A DNA stretch of 64,000 nt from Balanoglossus misakiensis (Eukaryota; Animalia; Hemichordata). Made by a program: the position numbers and the translations under genes. The stretch is taken from the NCBI GenBank assembly GCA_040954595.2, contig CM082584.2, positions 9,257,061 through 9,321,060 of the forward strand, read 5' to 3'. Below are positions 13,301-26,157 of the stretch, one piece after another. Under the pieces are notes generated by a model. It was given only the letters and a program-made list of their open reading frames with translations, was not told the DNA's origin and ran no database searches. The stretch's first letter is position 1. Every line of letters starts with the position of its first letter.

Positions 13301-16300
13301 TAAACTTTCATAAACATCACAAGGTTTCCAGCAACAAATGAAATCAAATAAACATTCATGAAATATTGGTTTCCAAACAGGGGCAGACCATGAACTTTTC
13401 AACTGTTCCCCCCCCCCCCCCCCAATGACAGTCATGCAGTCCTATACTGATTATTGATAACTATTAATATGATCAACAAAATCACATGCTTTAACTTTTT
13501 GACAGCACTTTCTCATATTGAGGTAGTCAATCCATATGTACCGTATGTCTCACATTGCCGACAAAGTTCATTCAAGATCAATCAGAGTTTTTAGTCATAT
13601 CACAGGTAAAATGGATTTCAACAAACTAACACAGGCTATTTTCCCAGTGAGACCTGTTTTTCAGGTCAGTATATGCCAGATTTCTTAAGATTAGTTGTTG
13701 TTTTTCCCCATCGACTGCCTCAAGGTTTGCAATGACTTGAAGTTTGACTTCTATTTACACAGATGTACATGCAATCTTGCAGTGACAATGCAATCTTACA
13801 AAGCAAATACCAAGATGTTTTTCACATGGACCTATTTGTCAAATCTTTTTCCCTGCAAAACTGCAAACACCTCTAATCATTTGTACTGACTAAGAAAATT
13901 TCCCCTTGAATTTCTCCTATTCAGTTTTCTAATCAACTCAATTTCTAATAAGCGATTGCACATTTTGCCTAAGTGCATCATGGGAGATCACTAACAGCAC
14001 TTCAGCTCAATTGTAATACATTTACATACACACATTATGCGTTTAATTTTTTCTGTACTACAAACGATAGAAATTTGTGAATAAGCACTTCCAACTTTTT
14101 CCGAAATTCATGGATTGAAGAAAGGAACTAATATTTTGCAAGCACTGAATAATTTTTTTTATACTTCAAGGAGCACCACTTGCCATTGGGCAGTGACATC
14201 ACTTTAATGTGTACTTTAATGACCAAAGAATTCCCCGGACAACATTTTCGGCACGTACCCTGTGTTTTGAATGTTGTACCTTTCTTTGTTACAGCCCCTA
14301 TGGGTCCGGGGGCTCTCTCATTTACATACAATGACTTCATTCCTAACTGACCTGCAACTGTCAACTATTAACAGGAATGACTGGTTGCTGTGAACAAATG
14401 TAGGGACCGATCTGTCAGGAATGAAACGGATCCAATAAAAGCTTCATGTTGTTTAGCCCATGCAAATAAATCATGAAATGCAATTTGTGGGAGAAAAATA
14501 TGAGAGGTCAAGTGTTGGTTAAATATTTTGTGCAAGGGAGGGCAGATCCCATCTGTTCTTCACTGGAAGACACAAACCCTAGCAACAGCATGTATACAGC
14601 AACAGCATGTATACAAACTCTTGATTTAGTATATGCATCACGCTCTGTACTATATTATACCATTTTTAAATTATAAAAATGATTTTAATATTTTGTCTAT
14701 ATGGCATAATTAGCAGCAAGCAATGCTGGACTGTTGCTATGTCACATGTCCATGGGTGAAGACATTATCTGTAAGCTTCTTGTCTATTCTTTTTCCAGAA
14801 TTTTGTTCTGTATATCAGATATAGCTTCACGAGATGCCTGAAATTGCCAGTATTCTCTCAATTCTGCTTGTAAACATAGTCTGTATATGTATATTGTTGC
14901 TAAATTAATTCATTCTATTACTTAAATTCATACATTTGAAACAATGATAACACACAGACAGCATTGAAACTGAGCCATTTCATCATATGAAATACTTTAC
15001 ACTTTCCATACAGCCCACTTTTCCCATCTCACATCACCATTTCATAATTCAACCAATCTGTGCATGTGTTCTATATTCATTGGCCAGTATTAATCTATCT
15101 TCATTTCACAAGGCACACAGCTGATCAATACCCAAGGCGTACGTGTGCATGCACTTTGATCCCAGCAGACAATTGCCGTGATACACTTAATCTATTTTCG
15201 GATATCAGATAATTCCATTGGTGGATCTATGCAGGACTGAAATCAAAGTTAATCATAAATGGATCATCCAGATGGAAATTTCCAAACTGATGTCAAGATT
15301 TTTACTCTTTGTCCCTTGGACCCTATATTAAAGGTACATTGTACTTATCAGGGTGATCGAGGTTCGAACCAATCAATTAGCAGAACAGCAGAACAAAACA
15401 TCTCCAACTGGTGAGAAATATAACTCCACATCTTTCTAGGTCTGAGTTCCTTTTTGGCTCATTGTCCATATACAGGATGTGAGTTAATTGCAACAACTGA
15501 CCTCCCAATATATTTCAGGAAGCAGAACAAAAAAGATCTATCAAAAGAAATCAAAATAAGTAAAATGTCAAAAGTGAACGATTTGTCCCTTTAAATGCAC
15601 AAAAATAAGAGAAAACTTGGTTGCTGAGCAAAATGCTAAAAAAGTCCTTGCCTGGGTGTTTTTATCTGAAATCCTGTATAAAGGTTACCCATTATACTTT
15701 TACTGAACAGATGAAGACAATCAACCCTCATTTGAATAAGTGTGTCACGGGCAAGATCAATGTCAACACTCCAAAATGTCGACATGATCCCACCCATTGG
15801 AGACTTTAAATTCAGCATGCACTGTCAAAAATGGTATTTTTTCCAGCAAACTGGCCCAAAACTTTCAAATTATCATTTAAAGGTTTTTCAACCTCACTTT
15901 CATTCTACTTTGAAATGTAATTCTTGCAGAACTAGTTGACACAGTACAGAAACACCAGCTAGGCCTTGCACTGACCGAAGCACAAAGAAAAGCATTCAAA
16001 ATTTGTTGGAAAGTCATAAATGATCTTTCCATTAGAGAATTTTTAAAAAGATTGGAAATGTACCAAAACTCAGCCATGACGAAAAACACACTTTTTTGTT
16101 CTGTTGACGTTTCCACAACAACATAAAAGTGCACACTGATTGCATAATGTCTTCTTCATTCATTATGTATTCAGGACAGAATTTACATACAATCCCAAGC
16201 AGCTAAAAATACTTGAGGTTTGGCCAAGGTTTTCCCACTTCTTCAGACTAACAACCGATCTCTGTCGGTTTTCTGGTTGATATGGTAACTGTCAAATAAA

Positions 16301-17385
16301 GTAGGGCAGTAAAAAGAAAAGCATTCAAAGATAACTAGGTCTGCATCAAAGTGCTGACAATAGCTGAGTCTGACCTCTAACCTCTAACACCCACAATGCA
16401 TTGCAGAATTTTGCAAACTATCCTCAGAGAAGAAACTTGACACTATAAGTGACCAAATTGATAAAATCAAGTTTCTTTTACATCTGCAATGATAAATCAA
16501 GATCTTTCTCAGTTTTAAACATAAATATACATTTTTCAAGATGTTTCACATTACAAAAACAGGCTATTTGCATTATTTTGTTCTGGAGAGCGCCAGCGGT
16601 ACAACTACAACTCACAGCGGTTTTGGTTGAAAACAACACCACCTCTGAAACACCAGCACATTATTTGCAATTGAAAAAGTCCTTTATTCCATGATGTGAA
16701 CACAGTCTAATCTCCTAGGTGCGACTGTAGCTGAATCGACTCTGAAAGGGACTCCCCTTCTGGTGGAGTTTTACAAGTGAAAAACAACTTTTCAATGCAT
16801 GGTACTGATGCAATACCTCAGTACTGATTGATTTTATTATTGAGATAAGGGGTCTTGTTATTCCCCTTCCTTTGGAAGTCAGTGGGTTGAATGGAAGTGC
16901 TGCATTTCTTTGATGCTACAGTATTTCAAACAACTTGAGGCTGTTGAAACAAACAGAGGATCAATGTTGTTCATTTTGTCACAAAAACCCTAAGAAAACA
17001 TACCATGAAATCCGAAAAATATCCACTCAACAAACCATATTTTAAACCACAGTGTAAAATAACCTATCAAACAAGTATGAATACAAATAATTATTTCAAA
17101 AATGTTATCAATAAAGATTTCATTTTGAAATACATATCTGACTTCATTCCCAAAAGTCCTTTTCACAATTGATACATGTCAGTGCACAGTATTAATAGCA
17201 AAAAATTCAAAGATTCCAGAAAAAGTTGAAAGACTGCCAGCACCAAAATAGATCTCACTTCTTTCTTGATCTGTGACATTTGTGGGGTTTCAAATCAAAA
17301 TTCCACACAGCTGTGGTTATATTTTCACCAACAAGTTACTATACTCTCTATCTCGGTTAGAAGTACACTGCAGTTCCAGATGTCC

Positions 17386-17453
17386 TAGCCTAGTACATCG
17401 CAGTATTTTGTTTTGGAAGCAAGGCGGACAAAATACGGCTAGGAACTAGACTA
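17386..17453. mobile_element. Short degenerate foldback element with TAG...CTA termini
   Basis: Left arm TAGCCTAGTACATCGCAGTATTTTGT compared with the reverse complement of the right arm, TAGTCTAGTTCCTAGCCGTATTTTGT. No TSD visible. Confidence 0.4.
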
Positions 17454-20400
17454 CCACCGGCGTATTTCGACCATAGTATTACCATCATCAACTAAGAGAC
17501 AACAGAAAACCCGAGTAGATCTTCGTGCATAAATCATGGTCAAATGTCTACACACTATCACCACATACATGTGCACATGGTCATCATCATCAAACAGCTG
17601 TTGACCGGAAGTAAACAACACCGCATGTCCTCAATCTCTGGAATATTTATACACAATGATAAACCAGGGCAAATGAAAGTTCATTCAATCCTTGCCTGGA
17701 GAACCAAAATTAACTTTTGCAAATGCCAAATGTCAGAATTATTTTGAAAAGGGGCTATTTATGATAGACATGAGATATATACCTCTTTTTAATAGCACTC
17801 TTCCTTTCATATAATTGTTTACCATTCGGTGACTGACCATGCAGAATCCGAATACCTTTTTACCCCTCCACCATCAGAACTTGGTTCAACCCCATTGTTT
17901 TCAACAGGATCCATGGGACCCATGCACAGGAAATAGGGGTTCAAGGTCCTAGACTTAAGGGCCTGCTTCAAGCTTGGAAATCCAAAGGACACACCAAAAC
18001 ACATGCTTTGTTCAAGCTGGCCCCGACAACTTGTTGTTTTCAAAACTTTGTTTTCAATTCAAGGCACCTGCTAAATTTATGGTTTCTGTGACGCACTATT
18101 ATGCAATATCTTCTTGTTAGTGTGAAACTGTGCATACACCTTTTAAAAAATAATAATGGGATCCATGAATACCCTCACTCTTTTTAAATGGGATGGCTTG
18201 CGCAAACAACATTGTTTTTATGGGCAAAAGCGTTATCATAATTAAAAAAAATTTCCTCCCCAAGCTGTCAAAAAACAAAATGTTCTTTCCACAACAATGA
18301 CATCAAGTATTTCTCAATAAAAAACTTTTCACTCTTTGTTTTGACGAAGATATATCTTCAAACAAACACGCATCATACAGCAACCTTACAGTCTGTAAAC
18401 AATGTTGGCACCACATAGAAGTGAAAAGAGTCCAGGTTGCCTTGAAAATGTCAGTGAATTCATCAGGTTCCGTGAAGTGGTACGTGGCCTTCGTGCAAAT
18501 GTTGCGCAAATTCTTATCAGACTCGTTTTGTTTTTTAAATCAGTGCCGCCCTACTTTTCCATAACAATTCAAAACCCACAGGTCATATGGCTGCATGAAA
18601 CCAAAGGTCAGATATCTTTTTTTATTGCTGAGTTAAGATAAGACCTAATTCTGTATGATGACATACTGCTCTATACAGTTTCCTCACATCAACTTGTTTG
18701 TACCAGCCGAGTCTTGAGTACTCATTCATTGAACCGACCTCCAGTTTCCCACCATTGTATGTAAATGACGACTTTCTCTCATTTAAATATGAATAAATGT
18801 TTTTCTCCTTGGGACTGCGATGCCCTTGCAAAGATGAGAGCTGTGATGTTTTCAATTGCAGAACTGCTAATTAAAGTGTAATAGGAATTACACTTTGGCA
18901 ATACTTAATGAAATTTACATCACAACAATGTGAAATGGACAAGCATCAATCTGCATATAGCTGGTACATTTCCTATTGTTTGTGACTTCAAATCAGTTAG
19001 CTTTGATGTAACCACTAACTGAGAATAACTGATGATATTTGTTTCATCGTGCAATTATTAAACATTTGTCAAAATCACCTTCTATTGTAATATCAACGGA
19101 ACAGGGTCACATACCAAAAAACATAGACATGACATTTCTGTTGTTCACATTGCTATTGTATTTTTGAAGTGTTTTATCTGAGCTCCAATGAATCTAGCCA
19201 TTTTTAAGCAAACTGAACTTAACCCCCACAAGGGTCAACTCCAGCTGTTATTAATTTCTTGACAGGCACACACACACTGTGTATTATGCTAATAACCTGG
19301 TCAAGCAGGGTAAGATAATAATCAGCAATTAGCAGTAATTAATGTTAGGCTATTCTCAGAACTGCTATGCTGGTACCCAGGCAGCACAGGCTTTGTTTTT
19401 GTTTCACACCACAAACAGTGTTCAACAAAGGCACCTACTGTTGAGTGGCAAAGCAGTTCTCTTCAAAATGTTTTACATCCATAGGTAGAATGCTTTTACA
19501 TCTATGTTTTCAACTATCAGTCTCAGCTCACCGACACACACGGTGGGGTTGAAAGCTATACTTTGCCTGCGGGCAGTCATCATTTTTGGGTGCACCCAAT
19601 AAACCAACACAGCTGCTTCTAAAATCAAATTTACTGGGGCAGTCAACACACAAGTACTTGAACTAGTACTGATAACCCTGGACGTAAATTGTGTGTGAAT
19701 GCCGAACTAGCAAAGAAAATCAAGCGGTAAGCATTCGATTAAAACATGATGGTTGGGGCAAAGACTCATGATGGGTCATGATGTACAAGGTGCTCTCATG
19801 TGTAAAACCCAAAACCACCACTGGCAAATTTTTAGCAGTAATTTTCTATTGACATGAGTGAATATTTGCCAGACCAGCAGACTGATGGATCTTACCTCAC
19901 GAGATCTTTTTCTGCATTGTATTCCACACTTTAATAACCAATCACGGACTTCCAGAGAAATATTTGCCTGGGGTACTTCCGTAACCATGACACACATCAC
20001 CATTATTCCCGTTTTTAATATGTTTTCTTCAGAGTATGTCTTGGTAGCGGTCACTAACCATTTAAAATCCACTGTACAATTTCCACTTAAAAGGCTCAGT
20101 CTGTTATACAGGAAAGCGTTCTTTTCAAGTCGTGGATGCATTTAATATTCCATGTATAATGTTTGTTTTTGTTTTTCCTTTCGGGTAAAATTTTTCCGAA
20201 CAGTCATGTTCAGGGATGCATGTGCAGGAATATATGACCCTGATTCCACAATCCATATTCACTCCATTTGGTCAGATGTTCGGAAGTCACTACTTGCTGG
20301 CAACCCTCAGTCAAAGTTTGTTGACCTGGCAACAAACTTCCACCAATCCATTCCATGTCAGACTTCCCACAAAGTACTTTCCTGGTGTTTTCTTTCAACA

Positions 20401-21581
20401 GTTCACATTTCTTCTCCTTTATATCCATTTATCACCAATCCATTTTAATGGCTAGTACATTGTATTTACAGTCATAATCCCATTTAAGTCTCCAGACATT
20501 TCCAAGGAGATGTTTTACACATTGTGAAGTACGCCAGATTCATATACTCCCATGTTCCAAAAGGGATGCCAAATTGATACTGGTCTTCTGATATTATCCT
20601 TGCAGAAGTCTTTCCTTGTTCTTATGTTTGTATCGGCCAAGTTTTATTTTCTTCGCCTTTTACATGGCAAAGTAATATCTGGTATTGAGTCGCCCAATAC
20701 CAGCACAATGCGGTATGGCCGTCCATAGTGTTTTCTTGGCAAAATTGCAAGGTCCATCTTTTATTTCAATCAGCATATTCAGAAAACTTTCCAGTGTTTT
20801 ATATTAAGTTTCCATATATTCCAGTCCCAGCCATAGCTATACATCTGTGTTGCCGTGGGTGACGTGACCTGGCAGACGATACCATTATAACCTAGAACTG
20901 AGACATATACAGGGTATCAGCTGATGAAACATGAAATGCGTTTGTACATGCATTGTCTAATTGGAGAACATATCTCAGGGACTGCCCCTCGCCAAGAAAG
21001 CGGACACCCCTTCTTTGTGGAAGTCCAGCAACCTGGGGCCTGTATGCGTAGGCAAAAGTAAACAAATCAGCCGGCGATCACACCATATACACGTCACACT
21101 GAGGACACGACCTGTCCATGTGGTCATATGAATTAATTCAACACAAACTTCCAAAGTTTGCGCAAAAATGTTCTCTGAAAACTCATTTAACACCACTGAA
21201 GCAGTTAGTCTCCTTTTCACTGCAGTTATAAAGGCGTATGCACCAAAGTTTGACGACCAAAATCCATTTCACCTCTGACACGTGGACGTCATGTTTACTA
21301 CTATATGCAAATGAGCTAGAAGCATGGCATGAATGTTTGGTCCCTGTTTTAGCAACATATTTAGGACACTGAACGACAGAAATAAACAATTTTAGCTGTA
21401 TATAATATTCACAGCCCTCTTATATCACATTTCTTCAAATTAGACCACATATATGTCAGTAATTCATCTTACAAATGTATCTGATATCCGTGTGTTAAAA
21501 CTGTTATTATTATTATTGGTCGTCTATTCGTGCAAAAAATAAGTATTTCTGGTCCAAATGTTATTAAAATCGCTCACTTAC

Positions 21582-21830
21582 CTGTACACATGTATCGGAA
21601 CATATTCCTGTCGTTTCATCCCATTTCAGGCCAAGAAATCCACATTTCGCGTCAAAATCTGCACTAAACTACGCAATGTGTAGTATTCCGTACACTGATT
21701 ATGCCAGTTTGAGAAAACCGCAAAGTTACTGCGCAAGCGTAAAACGGTACTGACCAATCAGAGTCCGAGAAGGGTTGATGACACTGTCAGGTGAGGATAG
21801 TGGGGTGATTTGCGCTGACCAATAGCACGC
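21582..21830 (-). promoter_or_regulatory. Housekeeping-type promoter and probable first exon of an unidentified minus-strand transcript
   Basis: Two CTGACCAAT boxes (~21750 and ~21815), an NRF1-like TGCGCAAGCG (~21730), a local CpG increase, and a consensus minus-strand donor CAG|GTAAGT at 21582/21581. Confidence 0.5.
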
Positions 21831-22878
21831 GGCTGTACAGGGATGACCGGACTCATGCGAATGAAGCCGGTGTCACTTCACTTCCTATATGCACTAGGTT
21901 TACAATACATCATCAAACACATTTAAATATAAATACGTCATCACACTATAGTACAGTAACAGAGTTAAGCAGAAGGGAATTTAAATTTCAACTCAAATGT
22001 TCTGTTGCAAAGTTTAGTATCCTTTATTCATTTATTTATTTCGCGCGTACGCAAACTACACCAAATCGCTTAGCAACTTTAAGAAATCAGCACTCAGAAT
22101 AACTGTGCCATTTCACCTTCAGTATTCGGAGTGGAAATTGTCAATATAAGTGAGAAACATAAAAAATATATATATATATGAAATTACCGAGTAAATAATC
22201 AAAGTCAAAAGCTAAGTTAGTTAAGTAGAATCTATAAAATTGTCATTTACTTGAATTTTTCACTATGGGGCCGAAAGATGAACTTTACACCATATCTGAT
22301 TAAAGAATTTTTTTTCTTTAGTGTGGGTTTCGTGTATTGCCGATGTTATAAATTTCAAAGACATGACAAATCAGTGAATTCTGTGCCTGCATTTGGCATA
22401 TTTAGATCTGGCATACATTTGATCCGATTCGCCAGATAAACTCAGCTCCGTTAGATGGCCTGTCACAAGATAAACCCATCGTTGCTAAGACGAGACTATT
22501 ATGTCGATAGTTTAGATTTCAACACCGCCTGGTACCTTTCGATCGGTGACTGGTAATCAAAGTACCAAACCGAGTCACGGGACGGGCAGTGTGAACTACA
22601 GACTTACTCCACTGGGCTTTCTGACACAAAACTCTTCTCTCTTCAAAGATGTTATCTTTGTTCGAGATAATAATGTCGATCTTTTATCTGTTGGTAATAA
22701 ATCTGCGTCAAAAATCCGTACATTGCCCCGCAGAAGTTTTCCGCTATCTGTTTTATCAGCCTTTGCTTAGTGTTATTACAATTCTTTTATCTTTTTTTGT
22801 CATTGGGTATGAGCATACTGGTACGTATCTGTACAATATGGATAGTACAATCGGGTCTCCATGAGAATGCGCTTCACA

Positions 22879-22879
<1 letters not shown>

Positions 22880-22910
<31 letters not shown>

Positions 22911-22923
22911 TTTCATCATCATC
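22880..22923. repeat. Compound (CGT)/(CAT) trinucleotide microsatellite
   Basis: cgtcgtcatcatcatcgtcgtcgtcgtcgttttcatcatcatc. Confidence 0.8.
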
Positions 22924-25900
22924 CAATTTCTGGCAGGATTATATGTGCAACTTTGAGTGTGACGCACATCTTCGCCTCTTGGTCCGTCAAACGAGCTGAC
23001 CACTGAGATAAAAAGTGAAGTTACGCCCTTCAGAAATCATAAATTTTCCTAAGAAATTTGTCAAGAAATTGAAATAAGCTTGCATTTATTTTGCTTGTTT
23101 GCTTCTCATCAAAAATCACGGCTCAACAAAGTAAGATGGCGTCCCTCTTTTAAATCATGGTAATCATAGTAATACAAATGTCAAGAGTCAGATGAATGAT
23201 GACACAGGCACGTACGTGTTACAGGGCGGGTAGGCCAGAGACGTGCGTTTAACAGCGTGTGCATTGGCTGACAAGATGAAGTGGTATTATCTCGAAAATG
23301 ACCATATACGCGTCAAAAGAAACTACGCACTTCTAATAAATTGTACAGAACGCACAGCGGAAAACATTATCAGATCAAAGGGTTATCTGCGAAGTGTGTG
23401 TATCAAATGTATGTACATGCAATCGGTTGACCAAAAATTGAGATTAGAAAGAGCTGACAGTTAGACTTAAGTAATTCTTATTTTTTCATATTCGATACAG
23501 TAGAGACTCCAATAAGCTTTAATGATAAAACGTGTATATTGTCGTCAACCTACTGCACTAGCGACAATATGCATTACTTGACAACACGCGTTTCAGAGCG
23601 GCGACTTGTAAACAGGTTTTGAAACTCTCTCTGTCTGTCTATTTTTACATCCATTTATGATTTCTTCCAGTACAGACTTGAAAGAAATGAAACCGTCCTT
23701 CAACGAATAAATAAGCATACCGTCAGGAAACACTCTCTGCGTGAAAACATATCGGTCTCGTACAGAACAACTCATGTTTAGCTCAATTTACACGAACATC
23801 GTACCGAATGCTACAGGGAAATGGCTCATAGCTATCTATAATAATAGTAGGCTGAGCTCAGTACAGTGCAGATGATCCCGATGATGGTACACAAGTTTTT
23901 CATCGGACATGACAATGAAACGGAGTTATCTGAATTCAAAACTGCGGCAATTCGGTCCGTTCCCATACGATAATGCGCTCCCCGCATCCAGGCCGCCAGT
24001 TTCGCTGACACACGATGATGCAGGCGTAGATGATTTCCCTAGGCATGTGTGTCGTAACTGAATCTCTCGAAATTGAGTTGGCGGTACAGGCTAAGAAAGC
24101 TAACCCAACTCCATCCACGAACCAAATCACCTTTGTCCACGCAGTTTATTCGTGTTTATACCCGGTTACATAATTGCAAATACGATTGTGTTTCGCAAGC
24201 CACAGCGAATATTCTTGAATTTTGATCGTGTAGAATCGCGCACCGTGATGTCGAAATGCCTTCATAATCCTATAACCTAATTAAATATATTAAGTAAGGA
24301 TTACACTTCATTTGGTATTTCATGTTAAAGCGCAATACTTTTTGTAGCTTGCTTTGCTTTGCTTTTCGCTCAGCAATTTTATTAATTCAATTTATCACCC
24401 GTAGTTTATAGTGCGCTGATGTATTCACGATTTACAATTACAACATATTTTGCTCACAATTAAGTACAGAATGGGGTGCGGGCAGTGTGTCTAATAATTG
24501 TGGCAGTGTGGTACTAACAATTTCAAAACAGGAGATACGTATAAACAAGCCGTGAAATGCGAAATCCCAAAATGCAATCAGAGTATATGTTATTATCAAT
24601 TGGCGACGGAGGGTACACCAAGACCCCCGTCGTTATACCGTGAGACACTCGACTCCGCCGAACAAACTTCAGTGAATTTAACGATGCCGGATTCATCCTC
24701 CGTCGAGATCGCATTGTTCGAAATGTAGAAATTAGTCTGAAGTAACAAAAGACTATACTAGTAATACTTCTCGTGTCTTTGATCAGACATTTAATATTTG
24801 ATGGAAGTTCGTTTAGTTTTTGCGTACATTCGTGTGCCTTGTTTGGACAGGGCACCGTAATGGCCATGACCGTTGCTGGATATCGGGGATTTTATGGTGG
24901 ATTGTTCAGAATAAAGTTGCGGCCTCCGCTATATCACGTCATATTTAAAAAAAAATCCCTACCGAACATTTTGCAGTTAATACAGATTGAATTTCTATGG
25001 TTTGTCATATTAACACAACTGTTTTCGACTGCTACAGCGGATTTAATGCACGATATAACGGGAGATCTTTAACAATCGACAACTTCTGTAGAGTTTTACA
25101 TGAAGTGTGAAGGTCGCCGTACAATCGCTAAACACAAATTAGGTGCGGACGGGTTCGTTTGTAACTTTAAAATCTTCCACACTTTGTGATCTTTACTTCC
25201 TCTTCGGCATTTTCGTTTCTGAAACTATCAACTGTTTTCGCGAGAGGTATTCGCTCAAGGTTCTCTGTTATTTGCGAATTTATAAAAGATTTAAGAAAGA
25301 GATTTATGATGAGTTATTCGTAACATATTGTTTTATGATGAGGCGTACGTGTGTTATGTGTAAGTTTGAGACAAAAGCAAAGAGATGGCTATATGGATTT
25401 ACGGTACTAGTAAATAGTAGCAACGACATTTTACCTCGTACCTGCGCGTGTTGTAAGCGTAGATCGTGGTATGTACTGTAAAGTCAGGGTGAGTCATTTA
25501 CGTGCTCACTAAACCGCGAACGTACTGAGGGTCGGACATGCGTGGGCAGTTTTTGCTTTTCTCCTAGCGAAACTAAACTCACCCGCAAATGACAATAGCG
25601 ACAATGGAGAGATTCTGACACACGGTGTTTTCCGCAGTTCGGTTATATTCGCGTTGATATCTAGCAATCGAAAAATCTCGCTATACTCTCTCGTCTCTTC
25701 TGCTTTCCTACTGGTTCTAGTCAAGGCCAATAATTGCAATTATCGTGAGTGCATGCATAAGCAAGACCCTGCGTTAAAGATGATTTGATGTGAATTTTCT
25801 CGCGTTTACAGGACTATGCACGGGTCTCCCCGCGGCACTTTCTTGCGGTCGATTTTGCAAGAAACCTATCCCTGGTATCACGCATGGAGTCCCTGAGAGA

Positions 25901-26019
25901 CTCCCGTGCCTGTTTTCGTATACGTAACAATTTGAATATGCTAATTAACTAAATCAACAATGCGTGGATCTGCGATAGGCTGGTATTTTGAGATGTAGTC
26001 AGCAGAAATCTCCATCTCC

Positions 26020-26090
26020 TTGCCAATCAATAGGCACTGATTATGTTCACGACTTTTGACCTCTATTGTTTGATCGCTGTATATAAAGCT
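26020..26090 (+). promoter_or_regulatory. Core promoter of the lipoprotein gene (CCAAT, TGACCT half-site, Fox-like TGTTTG, TATA box)
   Basis: CCAAT ~26023, GACTTTTGACCT ~26051-26062, TATTGTTTG ~26064-26072, TATATAAAG ~26080-26088, about 70 bp upstream of the ATG at 26158. Confidence 0.7.
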
Positions 26091-26157
26091 CGTTCTCCCG
26101 GCGAGAAGAGCATACCGCCTTTCCCTCACCCATACCGAGGTCGTGCAGCGTATCAAC

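Noticed and set aside
15361-15370. GGTTCGAACC B-box/T-loop motif
   Set aside because: No A-box or cloverleaf around it; at most a SINE remnant.
19517-19586. Minus-strand ATGATGA...CTGA, a possible C/D snoRNA
   Set aside because: No terminal stem and no rRNA/snRNA complementarity that I can recognise; short boxes occur by chance.
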